The notes beneath the pieces were generated by a model. The model was not told the DNA's origin and ran no database searches. It saw only the letters and a list, made by a program, of their open reading frames with translations. This document shows positions 13,018 through 26,608 of a DNA stretch of 64,000 bases, one piece after another. This DNA is from Octopus bimaculoides (taxonomy: Eukaryota). Made by a program: the position numbers and the translations under genes. The number at the start of each line of letters is the position of its first letter. The first letter of the stretch is position 1. The stretch is taken from NCBI RefSeq assembly GCF_001194135.2, contig NC_068992.1, positions 33,017,433 to 33,081,432 on the forward strand, given 5' to 3'.

Positions 13018-13240
13018 CATGGCCGTTGCCAGTAACGCCTGACTGGCCTTCATGTTGGTGGCATGTAAAAGCATCCACTACACTCTCGGAGTGATTGGCA
13101 TTAGGAAGGGAATCCAGCTGTAGAAACTCTACCAAATCAGATTGGAGCCTAGTGTAGCCATCTGGTTTTACCAGTCCTCAGTCAGATCGTCCAACCCACG
13201 CTAGCATGGAAAGCAGACGTTAAACGATGATGATGATGAT
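13018..13240 (+). mobile_element. SINE/LINE 3' portion with (GAT)n tail (RTE-type tail)
   Basis: ATGGCCGTTGCCAGT...GGAAGGG.ATCCAGCTGTAGAAACTCT...GGAAAGC.GACGTTAAACGATGATGAT. Highly similar copies at 21159-21386 and 34734-34902. Confidence 0.9.
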
Positions 13241-16200
13241 GTAAACAGTGATGAAAACCACATAGATCCTTTGTGAAGAAAATGGGATCATCAATCAATA
13301 AATAAATATACAGGAAGGAAGGAAAGGAAAAAGAGACTTTAAGCCAAATATGAGGTAGATTTTCTATTCATTGTTAAAGTAGGGCCACTTTTGTATTTTA
13401 TCTGATGGAGTCACTTAGTCACTATTGTTTATAACTTGAAACACTTCAGTGAAGCAAATCATAAGCATTTTTTCATATAATTGTTCACCTAGATCTCAGA
13501 ATTGAAGTAAAACAATTTAAGTGTTTTGAAATAATCCTTAAAGAGCTGGCAGTACTGTTGCCTATACATAAATCTGATGTGAATATTTCTTCCTGAATTT
13601 AAGCAAAAGAATTTCTGATAGACTTACTGACATAAGTACAAAAGTATCTCTCCCTTGCTGGTTTTGTTTCCTCATAACTTTCTGAAAAATTAATATTTTT
13701 TTAATGAAATTCTTTTCAAATACTCTTCAGATTGAGTAAGTTACAATTAAACTGGAATTTACTGTGAAAGAGTTTTTTTGTTGAGTGTAAGAAGAAAAGA
13801 AATGTTGACTGGTATTATCCCTGTTAACTTAGAAGTGCTAGTACTGCAGCTCTGTGGAGAGTTAGCTGTAGCAGAAACATGAGACAAACTGAAACTACAG
13901 TTTCACAGCAAATGGAAAAATATATGCAAACATTGTAGCTTCATCACATAACTGTGCATCATCAGCCATGGCATACCGAGCCACCTTCCATGCAAAGGGT
14001 TTTGACAGGAGATGGATCTTCTTACTAGTGGAATGTGTTTGACAAAATGTGAAATAGTAGATGTGCCAGTGTGATGAAATAATATGGCCAGAGTGCAACG
14101 ATTAGGCTGAAATAGATAACAGTGATGATAGATGAGTTCATTACTTCTTTTCAAGGAAAACTTACAGTGAAGCATATGACTGGAAAATAGCTCATTACTC
14201 CATCCTATTTTCCATGCAGAAAAAGTTCTGACCCCAACCAGAATTTAAGCACCTTAAAAGGACTGTCTGTCCAGCAATAAATGTTATTGGTTAGTATGAA
14301 CTTGCATTGCTGTGTTTTAAGCTTATATCCATCGTCTTATGAAAATTCTCTTGTGATGTCTATACTGCTGTCTTCTTTGATTTCTGTGTTGTTCAATATA
14401 GTGATGTTGACATTGTCTATGACCTATCCAATTGAGTGAAATGTTTCTCAACACATATATCTCAGGTGCTAATTGCTCAAAAGGCAAAATATACAAGAGG
14501 GTACCAATGACAGACTAGGTGTGTAATTCTAAAAGATTTCTGCAATTTAGTCTCATTGTTGAACAAATACCACTGTACATTGAATTCATCTAGTCTCTAA
14601 CCAAAATATTTTGCATTGAGCACTGCTGCCAGTTAGTGATGACAGACCTGTGAACAGATTTTGATTCGTCAAAATAGAACGCATTCCACCAAGGACAGGT
14701 ATATTATCTATCTTCTCTATGCTGTAGTACATGTGGTAGAATTGTCAAATAAAATCTGAAACTGTATGAGAAGAGTTAGAAGTAGGATATTTTCAGCTAC
14801 CTCTTGTTTGTATTCTATCCCTGCGGTTCCGCAACTCTCCAAAACAAAAATAAAGAAAAAGAAATTGTGCTATTGTTGACGAACTGTAACATAAAGTATG
14901 TCCTTTTTATTTTTAAGCTCGTCGTGAAGAGCTATTAGAAGATCTCTTTAAAGAAAACTATCAGAACAGAAACAATGTTTTAACAAAGAGATAATAATAG
15001 CAAACAATAGCTTAAGAATAGAGTTCATCATGACTACTGCTCAGTCATTTCTTCTACATGGATCATAAAGGTTAGATTGTCTGAGCTAAAGCAGGCTCTC
15101 AGTTTCAAGGATGCAACAGCTGTTTGAAGGACTAAGGTAGCAGAGACATAAATCAGCAACATATTCACCATTAGTAATTTGATGTGCCATAATGGCTGTG
15201 TGCTTTTTGATTCCAGGAAGAAATGAGGAGTTTTTGAGCAGTACAACGAGCTTTAGTGTCTACCACAATGGTATACCATGATTCTAGACAGAAGAGTTGG
15301 TGCATGTAATGAAAAAACAATAAGGTTATGAAATACAGCAGAGTTGAGTGGTTGTGCGAGCGGCAAATAACATTTTTTTAATATTTGAATGGTCTGCTTA
15401 CAGGATAGTCTAATCTAGTGGCAATAGGATTTCTGTGCAGGGTATGCTACACCTTGTTCCCAGTAACTCAGTTTCAGTTTTAAAATATATATCTAGGTTG
15501 AAATGGCAAATCAGAGACTTCTGATCTATGTAGCCAACCGTTGTGCACTCTGATAGCGAAAATATTGATGTTGATGACGATGACAGCCAGGAGGTGGAAG
15601 GGATATTTATGTTGATGTTGATCATGTTAGTAGCCTTTCTGTAGTTGTCGCACTGCCAAAAACGTTTCCTCAGTTATATATCTTTCAATAAATATATAAA
15701 TGAAAACCATTTCCCAAAAGCATTTACACATGAAATACTATCTTGTGGTCCCCACTTAAACAGTTATTCATGTCCATAACTAAAATTTATATATTTTTAT
15801 TGTGTTTTATATTTGCATTTGAAGTTATGTCCATGTTGCACTGAGGAGTCTAATATGAAATAACCATAAGGAATTGCTTGTTTTGCTTTAGCACACAGAA
15901 GCACTTAACAGTTTATCTGTATCGATAGGTAACTGTGGAAAGATATTTCGTTTGTGCAAAGATTAAATCGCACATTAACAAATATAAATGTGTTCAGAGA
16001 GAACACAGTGTACGTCAAGTGAGTAAAACACATTACTGAACAAATAAATTGTAGCTTAGTAGCAAAGAAAAACTAAACAAAAGATGCTTACAAAAACAAT
16101 TACATTGTATGTTGCAAGTTAAATCTTCTCCTAAAGAAAGAACATGTTTAGATCAGTTTTTTCCCTCCTGTAGTAAACAGAATTGGGTGTACTTGTATTT

Positions 16201-17299
16201 GTAAAGTGCTTTACAGCTCTAAATCTTTCAGAATTTGAATCTTGCAATTCTTTTGATGATTAACAGTGTCAGGTTAATCTCTTGTGTGAAATTTCTTAAG
16301 CAACTTTTCAAACAGAAATGACTGATTTACAAGTTCAGAAATGTCAGTTTATAGCAACAGAATATTTGATATAAACATTTACTGGGCTAAACATGGAGAT
16401 TATATGAGAAGTTTTTGTAGTGAGAATGAAACAAAATCTCAATATTTTCCAATTAACGAATCATTTTTATCCATTAACTTCTGTTTCTTGTGCTGGCATG
16501 GAAGGAAAATTATCTTTCTTTTTCATTTGGGGCAATTGCTTTTACAGCTGCATATACATCTTATAAACTAAGCCATAGAATATCAAATAGGTTGTATTTC
16601 AAGAAATTTAAAACTAGCAGAGTTGCTTTTCCTTCCCATATAGTAAATAAAAGAATTTGTTTGACCACATGGACATACTTTCTGAACTTCATACTTTCAA
16701 CTATCCTATCCTTGCTCTTCATATGAACATCTTTGCAAAAACTACCTTGAAACAAAAGCACCTGTTTGTTGAAATGCATGCTTACAACAAAATAATGAAC
16801 GTTTGTAATTGTAAGAAGTCAAGCTGACAGGATCATAGCAAAAAAAATATAACACGTTTTTTTCTTGCAGTTGTCTACAACCTGTACATTCTAAGTTCAA
16901 ATTCCTCCAAAGTCATATTTTGTCTGTCATCCCTCCAGAGTTGATAAAATAAAGAATTAATCAAGTACTAAGATTGATAGAATTGACTAATTTCATCCCT
17001 CTAAAACTGCTGGCTTTGAGCCAAAATTTGAAGCAATCTTTAATTATAAGTGGCTGAAGAATAGTTTTGAAAATGCTTTGTGATATTTGTTCCTCTTCTG
17101 TGTTGTGAATTTAACTCCTACTGATTCCAACTTTGCTTTCCATCTTTCTGGGATTGAAAAACTAAAGTACTAGTCCAAATATTAGAGTTTATTCAATTGT
17201 CTTCTCCTTCATAATTTGCAGTCTTGTCAGAAACAACTGTGTCTAATTATAGTAGGATTTATATAGTTTCAGCTGACCAGTGTATATACAATCTTCCTA

Positions 17300-17720
17300 T
17301 ATGCATAACAAATCTTCTTCTATTGATCTAGCAGTCTCATTATGCTTGCTGAGGCAGTTAAATATAAGCAAAACATGGTAGAAGTTGTGAACATGCCTGC
17401 CAATAATCAGGCTATCTTCCCACTTACTACTTAAGATATTTCAAATTTTGATTAATTGATATTATGATGTTTCAATTCATAAAAAAATTTTAAATACTGT
17501 TTGATTTAAAACTCTCACCTTTGTTTGCATTTAATTTAGTTAAGCATTGCTCAACAACGTTTCTTTCCCATTGATAGAAATAGTTTCAGTTACTACGTTC
17601 AGCATTAACTGTGTTAGCACCAACTTTACTAGAGTATAATGAGTTTAATGTCTTTGTCCACAGAGGGCACATAATGTACTTCCAACAAAATTGCCTTATG
17701 AATAAACTCAAGGACCTAGA
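17300..17720 (-). mobile_element. Highly decayed RTE LINE RT C-terminal fragment
   Basis: The minus-strand translation has SINGK... and TKVRVLNQTVF, resembling RTE IxIxGxxLE and TKxRxxxxxVxxxLLYG. Many stops. Confidence 0.3.
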
Positions 17721-19868
17721 ATGATTTAAAATATTGTCAGAGACTAAACACCGTGGAAGTTTGAATATTTTGGTCTTTCCTACGTTAGATGTGTTACTGA
17801 AATACTGAAATAGATAACAGGAGAAAATAAAGCATGCTACTGTGTTGGTTCAGCATAATATGATGAAGATAATCCAAGATAAAACTAACAGCCTTAGCAC
17901 CCATCTTATGCTCAAGCAGAATTTACTAGTTTATCAATAAGTTTGAGACAGTAATTCTGGAATAACAAACATATTATCAATGTAAATATATCATAGTAGA
18001 AGTCTTATTATAGAATGATGCTCTTTCATTTCAGACTGTTTGTGCTTCATTAGAAACAAAAGAGTGTGAAAAAAAAAAATGATGAGAGCAAAAATAGAAA
18101 GAACAGAGGAGAAATGAAGAACAAAATAGTTCCAAGGGATAAGAATTTTGTGAGTTATTTAATTTGCTGCAAAATTTAGTTCATAGGACAGCATATCAGC
18201 TAAACGTATTGGATTTTCATTCTACAGAAACTTTTCAATCTTATCATTTTATTCAAGATATCTCTTCCTTGAGACTAGCATCAAATCCCCTATATTTTGT
18301 GAATGGAAGACTTTTAGGTCAGTGGTGTATTAAAATCAATCTAAACTTATTTTAATAGCTGCATAATATGTTCAATAGGACGGTCTGTTCTTTCTTAGTT
18401 TCTTTCTTCTCTTCCTCTTGATTTGATACAGGACAAACATTCCAAATACTAAAATTTCATCATTCATTCCAGCATGAAACAAATATTATAACATCGCATT
18501 TGGTTGTGTATACTGTTCTTCAAATACATCATTTCTCATAATAAAAATATTTTAGTAAGCTCATCAGACATTCACTGAATATTTTGTATGCCACTATGGA
18601 TTCACATTCAACACTTAAACTACCATTTCTGGCATCCCTGTACAAATTGAGTGAGCTTGAAATAATAGCTAAGACCCCCATAAATTGTAGCTTAAAAAAG
18701 ATGAGATAGTCATGGTTGGAATACTTTTAATCATAAGATGTTTAATATCGAAGTAAATTACAACTTTCTGCTTGTTGCTAAAGATTGAATTATTTTATCT
18801 GACCCTGTTTTATTTTTGTTTCATCTTAGCTTTTCACACTCAACTCATCACTTTACTTAAACCACACTCTAAAAATAAAATGGTTTCATCTATGCATTGA
18901 TTTTGATAAACAAAAGCTTTTTTACTTTTATGAGAAATAATTATTTTATCCCTCTCATTTCTATGCATTATCTAAATGAAAATATTTGAAGGAAACGGTA
19001 ATATCATATGATAACCATATAAGACAAGTTATCTTCTGCAATGACGTATACATACATATACATATACTTGTATGTACACACACACACACTTTTTGAAATT
19101 AACATGAATTATTGAAGTAAAGTAATTTGAAGAAGGAAATAATGAATCGTCTGGAGCCATTATCTGCAGTAAGATATCAAACTGATTCAATGCAGTATAT
19201 CAAGTTTTGTATAAATAGCAGAATAATCATTGTGTTCATATCACTTCAAGATTCCTATTGAACGTATCATGCAGCTTTTGAAATAAGTTTAGATTAATCT
19301 TAATACACCACTGAACTAAAAGTCTTCTATTCACAAAGTGTTGGGGATTTGATGCTATTCTCAAGGAAGAGATATCATGAATAAAACCCCACCATAGATA
19401 CTACAGGAAGGAATGCGCCGATAAAGGAAACTTCTATGCAGTTACTTGATAGCTAGAAAACAAATTACATGCAATTTATATTCTACTCTTTTAATTAGAA
19501 TATTGTGTAATGTAATCCCTGATAGACAAGAAAACAAACAAATGAAAACAATGGAATGGGCATGGTTGGAATGTCTTTTATTATAGTTGTGCTTAATCAG
19601 AGTTAGCCAACATCACCAACATTATTAGCAAAAGAAATTTTTCAATTACTACCTATTGCTCCTTCGAAATAGTAACAATTCATTTCCTGTTTCACTTTTT
19701 AGATATTACTGTGTTCATTTTGAATTGATAGGGTTATAACATGTCAAGATGAATTGAATACACCATAGGTAGGTTTATATCAACCCTTGAATAAATGAAG
19801 CATAAACTGACTTCAGTAGAATTTGATTTTGATATTTGTTAAGCACTTGTAAGAAACATTAAAGATCA

Positions 19869-20050
19869 CTGGTGAAAAAGGGTCCCTGCCAGTCCTATCT
19901 ATGGAGGAGGTCACTGCAAGTTCAATCTGTGGAAAAGGCCACTGCCTGACCTCTCTGTGGAAAAGGTCACTACCAGTCCTAACTGTGGAGAAGGTTACTG
20001 CAAGTTCTATCAGTGGAAAGGTCACTTCCTGTCCTAACTGTGAAAAGGCT
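19869..20050. repeat. 28-bp minisatellite, ~6.5 copies, with 3-unit (84-bp) higher-order period
   Basis: Consensus CTGTGGAAAAGGTCACTGCCAGTCCTAT. Units start at 19869, 19899, 19927, 19955, 19983, 20011 and 20038. Confidence 0.9.
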
Positions 20051-21158
20051 TTAATAGATTTTTTTTATAAAACAACTGCAATATTACAAAGTATTTATTC
20101 ATTAAAAATAATCAATATCTCATAATGAAATTATTTCATATTTCACCAAAGTTTCAGTAAAATATTCTATATATTTTCAGATCCTCTTTAATTATTATCT
20201 TGCTAGCTTTGTCATCCATGTCTGTTATATCACCAAAATACTGTTATTATATTCCTATTCTCCTCTATTGTGGAATTCTTAAGATTTTGTAATTTCAAGA
20301 AAATGGTAAATATAATATTCAAGACCTTGTGACCTGAAAATTGATATTCTCGATGTAATCAAATGAAATTTTCTCATAGAATTGGCTTTCATCAGTGAAA
20401 GCATGCTTTTCACTCTCTCTATGTGTCTGTTTCTTATCACTATTTTCTCTTTCATCAACGTGTGTGTGTGTGTGTGTGTGTTCTTCATATTAATAGAATA
20501 TGGCTGCATCAATAGAAAAACATTTATTGGAAATTTTGTTTCACTCAAAATCTGTAATTATATTCTTCGTCTGTACATACATACATGTAAATGTGTGTGT
20601 GTGTGTGTGTGTGCGTGTGCATGTCCTCATCCTTCCATGTAAGCAATGTATAATATTTCACACTTTTCATATGCTATCACATAGTTAATTCTGTTTTGAC
20701 ACACTTCTGTTTCTTATAAATCATAATTAGACCAATTTTTGGCCATTAGCATTTATATCTTTAGCTGTCATTAAAACACACATTAATCATCAATATTAGT
20801 AAGAGTTACTTACATATCCAATAAGATTCCTATTAGCAATATATTTGATGGAAATAAAGTGAAGAATTTGTGAAATCAAATTGCAGATCCAGATCATTAA
20901 AACATGCTGAGAGGTAATTTAGACAGATTTTGTTTTTACAGTCTTTCTTAAATTATAATTTATAGATCTATTTATAAAACATTTGTAACATAAGGAGGCT
21001 ATAATGCATGGGGATATATGATCCACTAGGTGATAATCTGGTCGAGCCAAACTCATCTTCAGATATAGTTGGCTGCAGGATTCAGACAGGCTTTAACTTT
21101 AATCCTGCTCAGAGCCAACAAACTTTTTTCTCATCTAGTATACTGAATCACTATTTAT

Positions 21159-21386
21159 CATGGCCGTTGCCAGTACCGCCTGACTGGCCTTCATGCCTGT
21201 GGCACGTAAAAGCACCCACTACACTCTCAGAGTGGTTGGTGTTAGAAAGGGCATCCAGCTGTAGAAACTCTGTCAAATCAGATTGGAGCCTGCTGTAGCC
21301 ACCTGGTTCCCCAGTACTCAGTCAAATCATCCAACCCATGCTAGCACGGAAAGTGGACGTTAAACGATGATGATGATGATGATGAT
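21159..21386 (+). mobile_element. Same (GAT)n-tailed SINE family as 13018-13240
   Basis: Direct sequence similarity and GATGATGAT tail. Confidence 0.9.
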
Positions 21387-22124
21387 CCAGTCACAAGAAA
21401 TTTATGTGTTAAGGTCATCCCTATAGATATTCTCTAGAAATTATAACCAGCATTGATTTTGTTACAACCGTTCATATCTCAGATGTCAAATGTAAACAAA
21501 CAATGAGGTTGAAGATGAAAAAGTGGATAATGGGTATATATGCTATATTTCAGGGGTTTTTGCTCTTTCATCAGCCTCCATCTAACCTATTAATCATCCA
21601 CGAACTCATTGCATAAATAACCACTGCATAAAAATATTTAATATACTTTCTAGCATATTATGGTGCATAACAAAGTACTATGAGACTACAAGTCATTAAT
21701 ATTTACATACTGGGTTCCAGGAATGTGTTTAATTTGTAAATTGATGTGTGTGTGTGTGTTTGTGTGTTTATGTGTATGTGTGTTTGTGTGTGTCTTCCAA
21801 AAATTCTCATTGCTTTTGCAACCTTGTCAATGTATGTCAATTCTGTCCATAGACTTCAAATCCATTCACAAGGTCAACCCAAAGCTATAGTAGAAGGCAC
21901 TTGCTCAAGGTGCCATACAGTGGGACTGAACCCAGAACCAGGTGATTGGGAAGTGGGATTCTTACAACACAGTTATACCTGTGCCATTAATTTAATAAAT
22001 TCATAAGAATGAAAGTCAAATTCAACCCTAGTTCTATTTGAATGTAGAATGTAAAGGAATATAATTAAATAACACAAGGCATTTCAACTGTTGTCCTAAT
22101 GCTTCTATCAATGCATCACCCTTC

Positions 22125-23715
22125 CTTATCTTTCTTTCTTGCCTTTAACCCTCCACCGCGGAGTATAGGCCACTTATAATTGAATTCCATGTCGCATAAT
22201 TTTTCGCTTTTGTACTTATATTCTGCCGTGAATGTCCTCCTTTCTCTAGTTCCTTTTGTGTTGATTTATGCCACGAGTTCTTAGGTCGACACCTCTTTCT
22301 ATATCCATCTGGATTCCACTGTAAAGCACTTTTTGCTGCATTTGGTGTGTCCTTTCTAACTGTGCTACCAATCCACTTCCACTTTTTCTTAAATATTTGC
22401 TCCCTAATCGAAACTTGATTCGTTCTTTGCCATAGCTCCATATTGCTTATGTGTTCGGGCCATCTAATTTTAAGTATACTACGCAAGCACCTGTTGATGA
22501 ATGATTGTATTTGCTTTTTTTACTTAACTGTTGTTTGCCATGTCTCAGCCCCATACAATAACACCGTTTTTACGTTAGTGTTAAAAATTCTTATTTTGTT
22601 TTTTATTGAAATTACACTTGCGCTCCATACTTNNNNNNNNNNNNNNNNNNNNNNNNNNNNNNNNNNNNNNNNNNNNNNNNNNNNNNNNNNNNNNNNNNNN
22701 NNNNNNNNNNNNNNNNNNNNNNNNNNNNNNNNNNNNNNNNNNNNNNNNNNNNNNNNNNNNNNNNNNNNNNNNNNNNNNNNNNNNNNNNNNNNNNNNNNNN
22801 NNNNNNNNNNNNNNNNNNNNNNNNNNNNNNNNNNNNNNNNNNNNNNNNNNNNNNNNNNNNNNNNNNNNNNNNNNNNNNNNNNNNNNNNNNNNNNNNNNNN
22901 NNNNNNNNNNNNNNNNNNNNNNNNNNNNNNNNNNNNNNNNNNNNNNNNNNNNNNNNNNNNNNNNNNNNNNNNNNNNNNNNNNNNNNNNNNNNNNNNNNNN
23001 NNNNNNNNNNNNNNNNNNNNNNNNNNNNNNNNNNNNNNNNNNNNNNNNNNNNNNNNNNNNNNNNNNNNNNNNNNNNNNNNNNNNNNNNNNNNNNNNNNNN
23101 NNNNNNNNNNNNNNNNNNNNNNNNNNNNNNNNNNNTATCAAATGCTTTTTCGAAATCAATAAAATTAATATAAAGCGGTGCATTCCAGTCTGCGCTTTGC
23201 TCTAAGATGATACGAAGAGTGGCAATTTGATCTACACATGAACGGTTCTTCCTAATTCCGGCTTGTTCTTTACATAGCAATTTATCGACTGCTGTCCTCA
23301 TCTGCTCCAAAAGTATCCTGTTAAAAACTTTTCCGGGAGTCGATAATAACATAATCCCTCTATAATTTCCACAAATGCTTAAATCACCTTTTTTTTTTTG
23401 GCAATTTTACGATGAGTCCCTCTTTCCAATCATTAGGCACATTTTCTTCCTGCCATATCTTAGAAAATAATGGATGAAACATTTCCACCTCTATTTCTAT
23501 AGCGGATTTCATTGCTTCAGCTGGAATATTGTCTACACTTCCCGCTTTCCCATTCTTGAGGGATTGTATAGCCTTTCTTGTTTCAAACTTGGATGGTGGG
23601 TCAAGGCTGATGTTAAGATCCAAATTTCTTGGCATAGTGTTGGCTATTGTGTCTGGAGGTAGTCTATTGAGCAAATCGTCAAAATGCTCCTTCCATCGAT
23701 TTTTTTGTTCTAGAA
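22125..23715 (-). mobile_element. 5'-truncated RTE-clade non-LTR retrotransposon (RT), spanning an assembly gap
   Basis: RWKEHFDDLLN...LKNGKAGSVDNIPAE...WQEENVPNDWKEGLIVKLPKK, then LLSTPGKVFNRILLEQM...EQAGIRKNRSCVDQIATLRIILEQ...FIDFEKAFD, then the C-terminal LKIRWPEHISNMELW...WKWIG...ALQWNPDGYRKRCRPKNSW. Short purine-repeat tail at about 22125-22140. Frameshifted. Confidence 0.93.
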
Positions 23716-24651
23716 TATTATAAATACACATTAGTACAGGCTGCCTACCACACCTTTCCATGAACCTAAAAACAAGTTTCTTAAATGTACTTTCTGACTC
23801 AGGGTTATTTGATTCATATATTTCAAATATTTACTTTCAATAACTTCATATAGCTAAGCTCTGAGTGTAAATTCTACTAAGTTTACTATAGTTTTACAGA
23901 GAAAAATAACAATAATAGTTAACCAAAGGAGCCTTTATGTAATTGTCTGCTCTGCTAGAAAGGGCTGTCAATTAATCTTAAATCATACTCAACCATTTTG
24001 AATATAGTAAAGTTCATTGGAACAGTGTAGTCTCCAATATACACAAGGATGATGATTCATAGGTCTGAATTTAAACAACAAAATGTAACAATACTCTTTT
24101 GTTGTATAGCCTAAATTTTTTAGTGTATAAGATAGTGAGATGTCAAAGCTAGCAACTGTAAAGGAAACAGAACAGCTTTCTTCATGACCCAACATAGAAA
24201 CCTCTACATTGTCTCAAACTGGTAGAAATAGTAGCCAAGTTACCTAGAAATCACACTCTACAATCTTAAAAAATTGATATAGGCTTTCAACGAGCCCTAC
24301 AACTCAACATCCATGAACTCAGACACCCCAAACTAAAGAAAGATTTATAACCAAAAGCCCTACCATAAATAGCCACACACTACCTCCTCAATGAGGCCTT
24401 TGACACCATCCTCCAGAACATCTCATTACTAAGAAGGGACCTTAGAATGGATCAAATCCTCCAAATACACACCATTATAAAGAGTAAAAGACAACCTAAG
24501 TCAATGAAAAGTCTTCTAACACAGGCCAAAGAAGACTCATCAACAACATCAAAACCAATAGTAAAAAAAATGCTGAAGACCTAACTGTGGTATATGTATT
24601 GACCTAATTGAGGGATCAGAATTCTCTTTCAAACAGGGTCAACATTTCACA

Positions 24652-24990
24652 GTGAAAAACATCTTCACACATGCTTCAGAAAACCTAATATATGTATTAA
24701 CTTGCTCAGGGTGTCAAGGACAATATATTGGTCAAACTAAAATCAGTTTACATCAGATGATAACATTACACAGACCCCAAATTAAAATACAAGAATACAG
24801 AAAATTAGGATTAAGCAAGCACATCGATATTTGTGCCACTAATGAACAACCCAACTTCAGAACTTTTCCCCTCTATAAATTCAGGGACAATGCAACTTAT
24901 AGTCAGTGCATCAGCAAAGAAACATTCATCACAAAGTATAAACCTCTTTTGAATTCTGCCACCACAGATGGAACTACAACAAAAATTTAG
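24652..24990 (+). pseudogene. PLE GIY-YIG endonuclease domain
   Basis: LIYVLTCSGCQGQYIGQT motif. The frame is open here but the upstream RT linker has stops. Confidence 0.85.
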
Positions 24991-25325
24991 AACATTCCCA
25001 TCACTACTGCTACAACCACAATAGGTCACTTTTAGATTATTTGACCGTTTAAAGACAATTCCACGAACAATTTACTGTGGCACAGCACTTCTTCTTCCTA
25101 TTCTCCTCCCTCAGCTGCTCCTGCTCAAACCATGAACTATCTGTACTTTTATTATTCCTTCAAATTTACTACTAACTACCTACCAGGCAGTCACGAAGGA
25201 ATTGTGAGAGACACAGGCTGCCTGAAAACTATGGAAATATTTACCTATTCCGAGACTATGAAAATATCTACAAAACATTTCACTTAATCTTTTTCTGCAA
25301 TTTAATTGTTCTTCTTATTTTACTC

Positions 25326-25364
25326 TTAGTTGAAAAAGTCTAAAATGACAGAAACTGGTACTAA
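25326..25364 (+). ncRNA. Candidate minimal type I hammerhead ribozyme, U3-A8 core variant
   Basis: UUAG UUGAAAA A GUC UAAAAU GAC A GAAAC UG GUA CUAA: stem I UUAG/CUAA, stem II GUC/GAC, putative GUA cleavage triplet. Lies ~340 nt downstream of the PLE GIY-YIG ORF on the same strand. Confidence 0.5.
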
Positions 25365-25521
25365 AATGTACTTCATGATAAAATTATTTTGGCATTTTCT
25401 ACCTTATCTTAATTTCCTTATATATATCAACCTGTGTGTTACTTCTCTACCTTCTACATATATATGTGTGTGTGTGTATAAAACTATATATATATATACA
25501 TAGATGTCTGTGGGTGTGTGT

Positions 25522-25915
25522 ATCATCATCATCATTGTTTAATGTCCATTTTCCATGCTTGTATGGGTTGAGCTGTTTAACATGAGTTGACCAGACTCTA
25601 AGTATCTGTTGTGGCATGGTTTCTACATGGTTTCTACAGAGTTTGCTAGGTGCTCTGTACATGCCACTGGCACAGGTGCATTTAAGCAGTACTGGCATGA
25701 GCGTATTTTATGTGGCACCGAAATCTGTAAAGGATAAGCCTGTATAAATAGATGACAGCAATTTTACTTAGCTTAACATATCTTCTCAAGCAGAACAAAA
25801 TGCCATAACTTCTAGTCTCTTGTCATTTCCTGTGTGGCCCAGTGTCTGAAAATTCTTTCTCACCACTTTATCTCATGTGTTCCTGGGTCTACCTCTTCCG
25901 CAGGTTCATTCAACA
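25522..25915 (-). mobile_element. (GAT)n-tailed SINE copy, diverged
   Basis: ATCATCATCATCATTGTTTAATGTCCATTTTCCATGC is the reverse complement of the family tail. A similar copy lies at 46920-47235. Confidence 0.65.
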
Positions 25916-26567
25916 GTTAGAGCTCAGCAGTCAATTACTTGGTCTATTGTTCCTTCTGTCTGTCTGTCTGTCTGACTGACAGTTTGTCTCTCCACTCTTG
26001 CTAAATTTCATTTTATTTTTCAGAAAATTTTTACATTCCTAACAGAATACAATAAGTTGTTTACAAGAGTCCATGTGATCCTCATTTCATAAGAGCTGGT
26101 AATCATTTTTTCAACAATTGTTGAGACAACAAATTGCTAATTGTTATGCATGTTTTCACCACAAAATTTTTGTTAATGAACACACAAATATGTTTCCACA
26201 TACAGCATTAATTTCTTTTCACTTTAACAAATATCTGTAATTAGTTAAAGGAAAAAATGGTCACCCAATGGGAATTAACTCCAAATTATTTTTGCTCATA
26301 AAATCCAATAGTATTTCACTTTTAACATGAAAAATCTATAAAACTATTTATTGTTCTTGCTTCCAGTGCCATTTTTTCAATAATTGGTTTTATTTTATCA
26401 ATGATTATCGTCAGAATCAAGCAACTAAAGCCAGAGGCAAATATTTTGGTGGGGATAGAGACTTAAATTGGAAATGCATGTCAAGAATTTTCTTTAATTT
26501 AGAATGTACTTTAGTTATTTTATTTTTTACATAGGAATGAATGTTGTTGTTGTTGTTGTAGTTGTTG

Positions 26568-26608
<41 letters not shown>

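Larger units (their letters stand above)
24290..25420 (+). mobile_element. Penelope-like element 3' part (RT linker, GIY-YIG endonuclease, 3' UTR with hammerhead-like motif)
   Basis: IIKSKRQPKSMKSLLTQAK...C.RPNCGIC...FTVKNIFTHASENLIYVLTCSGCQGQYIGQT...LSKHIDIC...ETFITKYKPLLN is the typical PLE GIY-YIG with Cys motifs. Confidence 0.88.

Noticed and set aside
13860-15250. Possible Gypsy gag/protease/integrase remnants on the minus strand
   Set aside because: Only vague peptide resemblance, with no diagnostic motif I can defend.
19901-20125. C2H2 zinc-finger gene (ICGKG, CPNCEK, 84-bp period)
   Set aside because: No HxxxH or linker motifs. Explained by a 28-bp minisatellite.
21541-21578. Minus-strand CUGAUGA...GAAA hammerhead-like string
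   Set aside because: Stem I flanks (GAGG / GCAU) do not pair and stem II is mismatched.
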